64,000 nt of DNA from a virus, in IMG/VR virus record IMGVR_UViG_3300047160_005727, positions 1 to 64,000 of that record; one strand, given 5' to 3'. The first letter of the stretch is position 1; each line of letters starts with the position of its first letter. Of this stretch, positions 10,501 to 17,957 are shown piece after piece. Below the pieces are notes generated by a model. That model was not told where the DNA came from. It saw nothing but the letters and a program-made list of their open reading frames with translations, and made no database searches. The translations under genes were made by a program, and so were the position numbers.

Positions 10501-12325
10501 GGCGGCCGATGCTGGTGTCCAGGATCTCCTCAAGGACTGGAAGCCTCCCGAGAAGAACCCGTTCGCCGGCTTTGAAGGCTTCGCCCAGACCTTCCACGCC
10601 AAGACCCCGCGGGAGCAGGCGATCGAGTCGCTGGGGCGGATCGCCTTGATGGCAGCGCCGCCCCTGGCGATGGCAGGCGGGCTAGCTCTGTGGCGCCCCT
10701 GGGAGCAGTCAGCACCTCCCAAGCCGGTGCGGCGCAGAATGCCGGTCGAGATGGCGAAGGTCGCAGGCGCGGCTGAAGAACACGGCATCGAGTTCGAGGG
10801 GAAGTATCCGTGGTCCTCGCCGGGAAAGCTGCATCGATGGTCGGTCGAACATCAGCTTTTCAACCAGGCATACGATCGGCACCATCAAGGCGGCAAAGTA
10901 CCCAAAAAGGAAGCGCTACGCCGCGCGGTGGAAGAGTACGACCAGACCGCAGACAAGATCAATGCGATAGGGCTGGGCGCATTCACTGGTGGCCTGGGTG
11001 GCTGGGGGCTGAACCGCGCGCTGGGCGGAGAGCACAACCTCGCTGCCCAGCTTGGTGGCGCTGCCCTGGGTGGCCTGGGTGGCTGGGGGCTGCACCACCT
11101 GGCGACGAAGTACGGCGAGACCAAGACCGCCGCCGTCTCGGACGTGATGAACTCGATCTACGCGCAGCTACCCCGGATCAGAGTGCCCGATACGGCCGTT
11201 GGAGCTGGTGTGGGAGCCCTCGGCGGCCTGGGGTACGACCTGATCCGGGGTGGAGATCCCAAGGCTCGCTGGCGGCAGCGCATCGGCCGGATCTTGACCG
11301 GGGCCGGTGCCGGCGCGCTGGCAGGCAATGTGATCGGCGATCGAACCCGCCGCTACATCTCGAACAGCTTCGTGCCCTTCAGCTATGAGAACAACCCGGC
11401 CCAGGCCCTCAAGCCGCGCAGCCTGTCGCACATCTGGAACGCGGCGATCCTGGACAAGCCGCAGTACCAGCAGGCCAACGAAGAAGGACTGAAGCGGCTC
11501 CAGGCGCAGGGCAAGCCGGTGGTTTCCGCCCTGACGAGCAAGGACTATGACTATCGCAAGGACACGCTGGAGAACTACATGCTGCCGGCACGGCGGGAGA
11601 TCTTCCGCCGCCAGCTGGGCGTACACACCGAGAACCCGCTCACCGACATCTGGAAGGAAGGCCCGAACGATCAGCTCTTCTTGAACCCCAAGAACCCCAA
11701 GTCGCTGGCCACGGCCCAGCGGTTCATGGGCTCGATGGCCGGCGGCATTCCCAAGGACATCTTCAGCGACGTGGGCGACGCGCGCCGTTACCTAAACGCC
11801 ATGAGCAGCGATAACGAAGATGCTGCCCTGTTCTCGTCGGCCGTGACCGGCGGGCAGCAGGTGCCGTTCAAGATGCTGCCGGGCGGCAAGGGCATCGAAG
11901 GCTCGGTCCTCGATCGCTGGGACTATACCCTCGATCCCAAGGAGCAAGCGTTCTTCAAAGACAATATCAAGAACATGCTCACGAACCCGAAATGGCGTCA
12001 GGCGAAATTCGCTCCCAAGGAGCCGCTCTCCGGTTACATGGACCCCGCCAAGATCAACGGTCCCAACTCGGATGCGTGGAAGGCGCTGGCCGCGCGCTGG
12101 GGCCTGGACAACCTGGTGTCGTACAAGCATCCCTGGATCACCCAGCGGTTTCGCATCGAGCCCAACCCTGAGCCGGTAAAGCGAAACGCGCAGGGCTTTA
12201 TGCCGTTTGGAACACCGCAACAGATCCAGCTGTTGTCGCCGACCGGCGAGAACTGGGGTGATCCGATCACTCAAGCGGGGCATGCCGAGTTCAAGAAGCA
12301 CCCGTCGGTGATACCAGCACTATGA
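7595..12325 (+). CDS. Polyvalent polyprotein: 2H phosphoesterase, acidic tract, glycine-zipper modules and zincin metallopeptidase
   Basis: Two HxS/T motifs (GHISV at 7859, FHITV at 8087). HExxH (EHELTHAG, ~10040) with a downstream Glu (SARELDPR). GGLGGWGL glycine zippers. Modules are separated by K-x-A motifs. Confidence 0.8.
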   Translation: MSLTLNPANLARREAAEAGDYYQVGQAYGFLVKSAARPVAAPVLHGRLIVTPHKWGMILVPNSLIRGVFDAIDEPGVELPLRDGVLKGHISVFRPEEIDKIGGENKISERGHPFSYQLGPLMEVDPKGWEEMSKAWFIKVMSPELKALRRSYGLSPLPNNDHEFHITVAVRRKNVLGAGATSKAAAADEDDDEDVHSGLSDDVHQSEEEEDSGADNDDGKVRVKIPLSIQRICITRISLAKPNGKEKGEDSADSGLDDFMDMLRSKSGSVKEAAGLADAFKGMGKGLGQAVLGAGRSALQRVGSSPVAGSLASLGKQFAAAPAAMTRQALGNTARFVASVPAGQNFTGQAGAGALSRAGTTLKNLGRIAVAPRYPGLDRPVGVTSMNRPFDATRAMLGNIGRKGSIGAMGLSGVAIGNAALRTYPNWVGQHIADATGQGENAENIKATMRSEAPGFYGHMIKDTLTNSQEPASKFVRGVIGDIAVPTIRNDIYNARQTKPWLMGAIDTLRSTTPAGWLATQGLKAFGSETPPDIAGAVQQHAPGLLAGTAENPEAVAASPYAGLIKSMTPAVAPQTAGQPSAAEGVAHYIRTTNPENARERYNQMRRLLPQMPLASIAGNIKAGSALEGLTPVLAGAGLGGLAGNLYGRFRGSEDLWSDTLGGAAVGGAGGAAYSLVNKAQGAPTIPKPVPRPYTPPPGSQPKNLVEAVKPYYANVPGGVEGAIARAQANQAPVEKSLAMAPWKAEDIRANIPVSEITKDQAAVDPRRPPETSGATLKGWSESNFDEAVRNPNAPTAKIKMITPPDSPEDSRQLLEHELTHAGIQLTPMARTIRETGRAPEVDEKAQHSGAELVRRLGGTPSSKMLDPKSFENYATSARELDPRLAQIKRFYAEHSGQDVTTPEEAKNAMNWFRAWIKSPEGQARAGATGRDWESLFQLPEWQQTLEGAAARRMPGLVDISRLDPNLKAAADAGVQDLLKDWKPPEKNPFAGFEGFAQTFHAKTPREQAIESLGRIALMAAPPLAMAGGLALWRPWEQSAPPKPVRRRMPVEMAKVAGAAEEHGIEFEGKYPWSSPGKLHRWSVEHQLFNQAYDRHHQGGKVPKKEALRRAVEEYDQTADKINAIGLGAFTGGLGGWGLNRALGGEHNLAAQLGGAALGGLGGWGLHHLATKYGETKTAAVSDVMNSIYAQLPRIRVPDTAVGAGVGALGGLGYDLIRGGDPKARWRQRIGRILTGAGAGALAGNVIGDRTRRYISNSFVPFSYENNPAQALKPRSLSHIWNAAILDKPQYQQANEEGLKRLQAQGKPVVSALTSKDYDYRKDTLENYMLPARREIFRRQLGVHTENPLTDIWKEGPNDQLFLNPKNPKSLATAQRFMGSMAGGIPKDIFSDVGDARRYLNAMSSDNEDAALFSSAVTGGQQVPFKMLPGGKGIEGSVLDRWDYTLDPKEQAFFKDNIKNMLTNPKWRQAKFAPKEPLSGYMDPAKINGPNSDAWKALAARWGLDNLVSYKHPWITQRFRIEPNPEPVKRNAQGFMPFGTPQQIQLLSPTGENWGDPITQAGHAEFKKHPSVIPAL

Positions 12326-15300
12326 GCGACCCGTTCAGCCTACCGACCTGGCAGGAGATATTTCAGGAAGCAGCCATCGAGCTGATGCCTGAGCTGGTCA
12401 AGACCGCCAAGAAGAAAAAGAAGCCAAAGCCGCCAGCCCTGCTTGCCGAAGACGAGAAGATCCGGGCCAACAAGAAGAAGCCCGAGAACCAACAGCCGCA
12501 CAAGTTCGAGGCTGCCGAGTGGACCCACGGTAATGGCCATCCCCGCTGTATCCGCTGTGGGGGTGAAGAGCCGGCGGGCGGCATGTGTGGTGACGGCCGG
12601 CCGATCCCGGAGGTCTTGAAGGTCGCAGCCGACTATGCGCCCGGGCTGCCCTCGAAGTCCGATATGGGTCACGCCAATAAGCTCCGCGTCGGCCAGATGC
12701 TCGACTACATAGTCCAGCAGCATGATGCCGAGCGCGCAGGCCGGCACTTCGATGTCCGGTTCGGTAACCCCGAGATGGGCTTGCTCTCCTGGGCCGCGCG
12801 CAAGGGGCTGCCCGAGCCCGGAGCCAAGCACCTTGCAGTCCAGCAACCCGTGCACAGACACGGCTACAAGGACTTCGAGGGTACGATCCCCGAGGGCTAT
12901 GGCGCCGGGACGGTCAAGAAGCACGACGAAGGTCAGGTGCTGATAACCAAGGTAACGCCCGAGTCTATTCACTTCACGACGGCTCACCCGAGGCACCCCG
13001 AGCGGTTCGTGCTGGCGAGGCCCAAGGGCTGGGGCAACAAGAACTGGCTGATGATGAACACGACCCCCAGAGACGAAGTCCCTTACGAGAAGATCCGCTA
13101 CAAGAAGATCGCCCCCGAAGACGTCGAACCTCATCTCCAGAAGATGCAGGCCGGTGATACCGCCGAGGCCAAAGTCGATGGCGCCAGCCAGCTCGTGCAG
13201 CTGGCCAAGAACCACGCCGAGATGTTGAGCTTCCGGACCTCGAAGACCACGGGCCGGCCGATCTTCCACACCGAGCGCTTCTTCGGCGGCAGGCCCGAGA
13301 TCCCGGTGCCCAAGCACCTGGAGGGGTCGATCCTGAAAGGGGAGATGTACGCCGCCAAGGACAAGGGTGTTGGTACGCCCCAGGATGTTGGTATGTTACT
13401 GAACTCAGGCATCGCCCGGAGCCTTCAGCTCCAGAAGGAGAAGGGACTTGCCTTACGCAACATGCTCTATGATGTTCAACAATACGGTAAGAGGCCGATC
13501 GATCCGACCGTTACGCCGCGTATTGAACGGCGCAAGATGCTTGAGGAGATCGCCGGTCATCTGCCAAAGGACAAGTTTCATGTCTCAGAAGAAGCCCACG
13601 GCCCCGAAGAAGCAACCAAGCTCTGGAACAAGATCAGGTCGGGTAAACATCCCCTTACACAAGAGGGCGCTGTCCTCCACCCAGCAGTTGGTATCCCAAG
13701 CAAAGCAAAGTTGGTCGAGGACTATGACGTTCATTTGCGGGGTACTTTCCCGGGTGAAGGCAAGCGTCAGCAAACTGTGGGCGGGTTTGTGTACTCGCAC
13801 AAGCCGACTGGGCCGATCGCTGGCAAGGTCGGTACGGGCTTTAGCGATGAGTTCTTGAAGGACGTAGCCGGGGATCCAGAGGCTTACATTGGCCGTGTGG
13901 CACGGTTACGATCGCAACAGAAGTTACCGTCAGGTGCGCTTCGAGCCCCTAGCTTTATAGCTTTACATGAAGACTACCCAGATAAGCCCAGGGGATCATT
14001 TCGGAAGACTGGAAGTTCTAGCGCGCGCACCGGACAGGGAAGGGAACCGAAACAGTTGGTGGACTTGCCGCTGTGCCTGCGGAACGGTGAAGGACATCAG
14101 AAGCTGTCGACTGACCGGCGGGCACCCAACGCGCTCATGTGGTTGCTTGAAAAGCGAGCAGAAGCGAGCACAGCTCCAGACCCACGGCATGTCCGACACA
14201 CCGGTATACGCGGTCTGGCGCAACATGATCCAGCGATGTACCGACAAGGGGAGCAAGGACTATCCCCGATGGGGAGGCCGGGGCATAACGGTATGTCCCC
14301 AGTGGCGGGACTTCACAGTCTTCTTCAGGGACATGGGGCTGCCGCCGCCGGGCATGACCATCGAACGGAAAGAGAACAATGGCCCCTACTCCCCGGAGAA
14401 TTGCCACTGGGCAACCAAGTCGGCGCAGGCACGGAACAGGCGGAACAACCGGCGCCTGACCGTGAACGGTCTGACGCTGCCAGTGTCAGCGTGGGCAGAA
14501 CGGAACGGCGTACCCTTCCGCACGATCCTGAAAAGGCTGTTTCGGGGATATTCGGACTCGGAGGCGGTGGCAACGAAGTCGTTCAGGGGACGCAACGGGG
14601 CGTCTCCACCAAGGTTGGTGCAGCCAAACTAGCCAGCTTCTTCGGCTATGGTCAGCCGGCTCCGGGCGGTGCCTTGACCGTGCCGGACTACGAGCTTCCC
14701 GGCGAGCGTATCAAGCGAAAGCGGCCGGCGGCTGTGATAGCTGCCCCGCCGCCGACGTGGATGGAGACGCTACGCAACTCGCTCTGGGGCAACCCCAACG
14801 CCCTGGTGCCCGACGTCATCAAGCAGATCGAAGAGGAGGAAGAGGGCGGGGGCATGATCCCCAAGGTCGGTGCGGCCAAGTGTCCGCCCGGCGAATGCTG
14901 CCCGAAGTGCGGAGCCCGGCTTGAATGCGATCCTGACAGCGGCAAGTGCAACCGGTGTGGCCATCTCTGGGGCGAGAAAGCCGCTGCCTACACGACGGAG
15001 AACACGAGTACCCTCCCCGATGGCCGCACACTCAATATCGACGCGCTGAATGACCGGGCCAAGAACCGGTCTGTCGAACGGATCCCCCTGGCCGATCTGG
15101 CGAAGCCCAACCGTTCTTCCAGTACCGGCTTCTCGAAGAAGCGATATGCCAAGCTCGATATGAACAAGCCAATTCTCGTCGGCACCGACGGTACGCTCTA
15201 TGACGGCCGCCACCGGCTAGCCCGGCATCTCGATGAAAGCAAGTCGCATATCCGTGCGCGCCGTGTCACCGACAAGGATATCGATGCCGTGACGGTAACT

Positions 15301-17946
15301 CATGCGCCGAAAGGTGACCGGATCGATGAAAGCCGGATCGAGATGCTCCCGGAGAAAGCTGCTGCGATCATTGATGACCTCAAACGAGCCAAGGCCCAAA
15401 GCGATCGAGGCAATTATTCCGAGAAGCATCGTATCCTCGCGAAGCTGCTCAGCGAACGCCCTAATGAGTTCATCCAGGACTCATCCGGGCGGGGCATGAT
15501 CGGGCTGACACACACAACAGGCTTCCGTTTACATGCACCAGCTACGCTGGTGCGCAGTAAGCTCATCAAGGCGGCCGACTTGCTCCCGTGGGTAAACCTC
15601 CAGGAACAGCAGAAGCGGGTCGCTAAGCGTGTAGGCGAAGGTCAGAATTTGTTGGTCTATCACGGGCTCGGAAGCGGTAAGAGCCTCGCGAGCCTGGCGG
15701 CTGCTGAAGGTGTCGGCGGACCATATACCGCGATCGTTCCAGCATCGCTCAAACCAAACTACCTTAAAGAAATACATAAATTTACTACTGAGACATCACC
15801 ATCAGAAGTAATGTCTTATACTGGGGTTGGGTTAGGCAAACAGCCCAAGATCACGCCCAATACGATCATCATGGACGAATGCCTTCCTACTGGGACACCG
15901 GTTGATGGAAGACCGATCGAAACCTACGGTATCGGCGATCTTGTCTGGAGCATCGATCATGTGACGAGTCGGATCGAACGGCGATCAGTGATACGCACAG
16001 CAGTACGGTATACCGATGAGATCGCAGTTATTGAATTCGCAAGCGGACGTCAGCTGGTTTGTACACCCAACCATTCGATCTACACGCAGCGAGGCTACAT
16101 AGCCACCGAAGACTTGATCGAAGGTGATAACGGTTATACACTCTACGGAAACGCTGTCCCCTTCGATCAAGGAGAAGACGATGCCGCAGTGGATCGAGGC
16201 CGTATGCGGGATGTGCGGAAAGACATTCTTGGCATTCAAGTCGCCGTCCAAGATGGTGAAGCATTGCTCCAAAACATGCCGGGAAAAAGTTCGAGTTATC
16301 GCCATGAAGGCCATGAGCGACGCGACCCGCGATCAGCGTATACAGCGAATGACCAGCAACAACCCCATGGCGGATGCGGCGTGTCGTCAGCGTGTATCGA
16401 CGACAATGCGAGAGCGGGGATACAAGCCTCGCGTGCGTGGCGGCAATGGCGCCGGACCAACGGAGCAGGAAGTGGCCGTGGCCACGGCACTCAGCTGGCC
16501 GACGAATGTCGTGGTCGTAACTGGGCTGAGTTATCGTCCTTGGCATTACAAGGTCGATGTCGGGAACCCGGATCTGAAGATAGCCATCGAGATCGATGGT
16601 CGGTGCCACAATTCGTCAAAGCGGCGAGAGGCAGACAGAAGGAAGGATACCTTCTTGCGATCGATCGGGTGGTCAGTGTTGCGGTTTACAAACAAGGATG
16701 TGGACCAGAATTTGACTGGCTGTGTCCAGATGGTCTTGTCCACGATCTCACTGTCGACGGCAACCACAATTTCTTCGCCGATGGCTACCTAGTTCATAAC
16801 TCCCAGCGCATCCGTAACCCGGGCTCGGCCGGCACGCGCGCGGCGATGGATCTGGCCATGAAGGCCAAGCACCGGATCTTGCTCTCGGGTACGCCGATCG
16901 TGAACCAGCCCAGCGACCTGGCCGTGCCGCTGTCGATCCTGACCGGCAACGAGATGAGCCCGGCTGCCTTCAACCAGAAGTTCGTCGGCAGCAAGACGGT
17001 CAGTCCCGGCTGGATGGGATGGTTCCAGGGCGTCAAGCCGGTCAAGACCCCGACACTCCAGAACGAAGACGATCTCGAGCGACTGCTCGAAGGGCATGTC
17101 GACTACCAGGCGTCGCGTGCGCCTGAAGGTGTCAAAACTAAAGACGAACGAGTCGAGGTGGATCTTAGTCCCGAACAGCAGAATTTCTACAAACTCATGT
17201 GGGGTAAGCTACCGTGGATGCTTCGCTGGAAGCTGTCCAATGACTATCCACTGGACAAGAATGAGCTGGCTCACCTGTCAGCGTTCATGACCGGTCCGCG
17301 GCAGGCTGCCCTGTCGCTGTATCCCTATCACTCGTCCAAAGATCCGATGCATGCGTTTGGCACGTCGTCCAAGCTCCAAGCGGCCATGGGCAGTCTGAAG
17401 GAGACCCTGGCGAAAGATCCGCGAGCCAAGGCCATCGTCTACTCGAACTTCATCGATGCCGGCCTGACGCCCTACGCTGCCGCCCTCGAACATGAAGGCA
17501 TCCCGTATGGGCAGTTCCACGGTCAGATGAACGACGAAGACCGCAAGCGAACCCTGGACGAATATAACGCCGGTAAGCGTCGCGTGCTCCTGATCGGTCC
17601 CGCTGGCGCCGAGGGGATCTCGGCCAAGGGTACACAGCTCATTCAGCTTCTTGATCCGCACTGGAACGAAGCCCGACTGGGTCAAGCGCGCGGCCGCGGG
17701 CTGCGGTTCGATAGTCATGAGGGTTTGCCCGAAGAGCTACGCGATGTGAGAATACAGCGGTTCGTGGCCAAGATGCCGCCGCCCGGCTGGCTGGGCAGCA
17801 TGTTCGGCCAGAAGCCCCGGCCATCGGCGGATGAGGTGCTCGAACGGCAGTCGCAGCGCAAGGAAGAACTCAACGAGCAGTTCCGGGATGTCCTGCGCCG
17901 GGTGGGCTCGCCTGACTACCGCCGGCCGTGGCATCTCTTCGGCTGA
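12322..17946 (+). CDS. Polyvalent polyprotein: LigD-type 3'-phosphoesterase, ATP-dependent DNA ligase, Zn ribbon, ParB-like domain and intein-containing SF2 (SNF2/D6-D11-like) helicase
   Basis: PE domain: QQHDAERAGRHFDVRF...LLSWA.RKG...HLAVQ...H.Y.DFEGTIPEGYGAGTV. Ligase motifs: AKVDG, KGEMY, LYDV, QEGAV, KAK, GKVGTGFSD, LRAPSF. ParB-like: PILV...LYDGRHR. Helicase: YHGLGSGKS, IVPASL, DE|SQ, LSGTP, HWN..R.GQARGRGLR.DSH. Confidence 0.9.
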   Translation: MSDPFSLPTWQEIFQEAAIELMPELVKTAKKKKKPKPPALLAEDEKIRANKKKPENQQPHKFEAAEWTHGNGHPRCIRCGGEEPAGGMCGDGRPIPEVLKVAADYAPGLPSKSDMGHANKLRVGQMLDYIVQQHDAERAGRHFDVRFGNPEMGLLSWAARKGLPEPGAKHLAVQQPVHRHGYKDFEGTIPEGYGAGTVKKHDEGQVLITKVTPESIHFTTAHPRHPERFVLARPKGWGNKNWLMMNTTPRDEVPYEKIRYKKIAPEDVEPHLQKMQAGDTAEAKVDGASQLVQLAKNHAEMLSFRTSKTTGRPIFHTERFFGGRPEIPVPKHLEGSILKGEMYAAKDKGVGTPQDVGMLLNSGIARSLQLQKEKGLALRNMLYDVQQYGKRPIDPTVTPRIERRKMLEEIAGHLPKDKFHVSEEAHGPEEATKLWNKIRSGKHPLTQEGAVLHPAVGIPSKAKLVEDYDVHLRGTFPGEGKRQQTVGGFVYSHKPTGPIAGKVGTGFSDEFLKDVAGDPEAYIGRVARLRSQQKLPSGALRAPSFIALHEDYPDKPRGSFRKTGSSSARTGQGREPKQLVDLPLCLRNGEGHQKLSTDRRAPNALMWLLEKRAEASTAPDPRHVRHTGIRGLAQHDPAMYRQGEQGLSPMGRPGHNGMSPVAGLHSLLQGHGAAAAGHDHRTEREQWPLLPGELPLGNQVGAGTEQAEQPAPDRERSDAASVSVGRTERRTLPHDPEKAVSGIFGLGGGGNEVVQGTQRGVSTKVGAAKLASFFGYGQPAPGGALTVPDYELPGERIKRKRPAAVIAAPPPTWMETLRNSLWGNPNALVPDVIKQIEEEEEGGGMIPKVGAAKCPPGECCPKCGARLECDPDSGKCNRCGHLWGEKAAAYTTENTSTLPDGRTLNIDALNDRAKNRSVERIPLADLAKPNRSSSTGFSKKRYAKLDMNKPILVGTDGTLYDGRHRLARHLDESKSHIRARRVTDKDIDAVTVTHAPKGDRIDESRIEMLPEKAAAIIDDLKRAKAQSDRGNYSEKHRILAKLLSERPNEFIQDSSGRGMIGLTHTTGFRLHAPATLVRSKLIKAADLLPWVNLQEQQKRVAKRVGEGQNLLVYHGLGSGKSLASLAAAEGVGGPYTAIVPASLKPNYLKEIHKFTTETSPSEVMSYTGVGLGKQPKITPNTIIMDECLPTGTPVDGRPIETYGIGDLVWSIDHVTSRIERRSVIRTAVRYTDEIAVIEFASGRQLVCTPNHSIYTQRGYIATEDLIEGDNGYTLYGNAVPFDQGEDDAAVDRGRMRDVRKDILGIQVAVQDGEALLQNMPGKSSSYRHEGHERRDPRSAYTANDQQQPHGGCGVSSACIDDNARAGIQASRAWRQWRRTNGAGSGRGHGTQLADECRGRNWAELSSLALQGRCREPGSEDSHRDRWSVPQFVKAARGRQKEGYLLAIDRVVSVAVYKQGCGPEFDWLCPDGLVHDLTVDGNHNFFADGYLVHNSQRIRNPGSAGTRAAMDLAMKAKHRILLSGTPIVNQPSDLAVPLSILTGNEMSPAAFNQKFVGSKTVSPGWMGWFQGVKPVKTPTLQNEDDLERLLEGHVDYQASRAPEGVKTKDERVEVDLSPEQQNFYKLMWGKLPWMLRWKLSNDYPLDKNELAHLSAFMTGPRQAALSLYPYHSSKDPMHAFGTSSKLQAAMGSLKETLAKDPRAKAIVYSNFIDAGLTPYAAALEHEGIPYGQFHGQMNDEDRKRTLDEYNAGKRRVLLIGPAGAEGISAKGTQLIQLLDPHWNEARLGQARGRGLRFDSHEGLPEELRDVRIQRFVAKMPPPGWLGSMFGQKPRPSADEVLERQSQRKEELNEQFRDVLRRVGSPDYRRPWHLFG
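13967..14632 (+). CDS. HNH homing endonuclease overprinted in the +1 frame inside the 12322-17946 ORF
   Basis: FGRLEV...W.CRCACG...RSCGC...W.NM.QRC...YPRWGGRGITVC..W..F..F..DMG......TIER..NNG.YSPENC.WAT...Q.RN, a typical phage HNH family pattern. Confidence 0.88.
   Translation: MKTTQISPGDHFGRLEVLARAPDREGNRNSWWTCRCACGTVKDIRSCRLTGGHPTRSCGCLKSEQKRAQLQTHGMSDTPVYAVWRNMIQRCTDKGSKDYPRWGGRGITVCPQWRDFTVFFRDMGLPPPGMTIERKENNGPYSPENCHWATKSAQARNRRNNRRLTVNGLTLPVSAWAERNGVPFRTILKRLFRGYSDSEAVATKSFRGRNGASPPRLVQPN
15880..16800 (+). mobile_element. Intein (307 aa) inserted in the Walker B motif of the helicase
   Basis: IMDE|CLPTGTPV start, block B CTPNHSIYT, block F/G VHDLTVDGNHNFFADGYLVHN|SQ with a +1 Ser. 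Confidence 0.93.
16181..16792 (+). CDS. DUF559/Vsr-like endonuclease with an N-terminal Zn finger, nested in the +1 frame inside the intein
   Basis: AAGGAG RBS at 16169-16174 and ATG at 16181. CGMCGK...HCSKTC; PTEQE; YKVDVG...KIAIEIDGRCH...DRRKDTFLRSIGWSVLRF. Confidence 0.88.
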   Translation: MPQWIEAVCGMCGKTFLAFKSPSKMVKHCSKTCREKVRVIAMKAMSDATRDQRIQRMTSNNPMADAACRQRVSTTMRERGYKPRVRGGNGAGPTEQEVAVATALSWPTNVVVVTGLSYRPWHYKVDVGNPDLKIAIEIDGRCHNSSKRREADRRKDTFLRSIGWSVLRFTNKDVDQNLTGCVQMVLSTISLSTATTISSPMAT

Positions 17947-17957
17947 TCGGAGGACAC

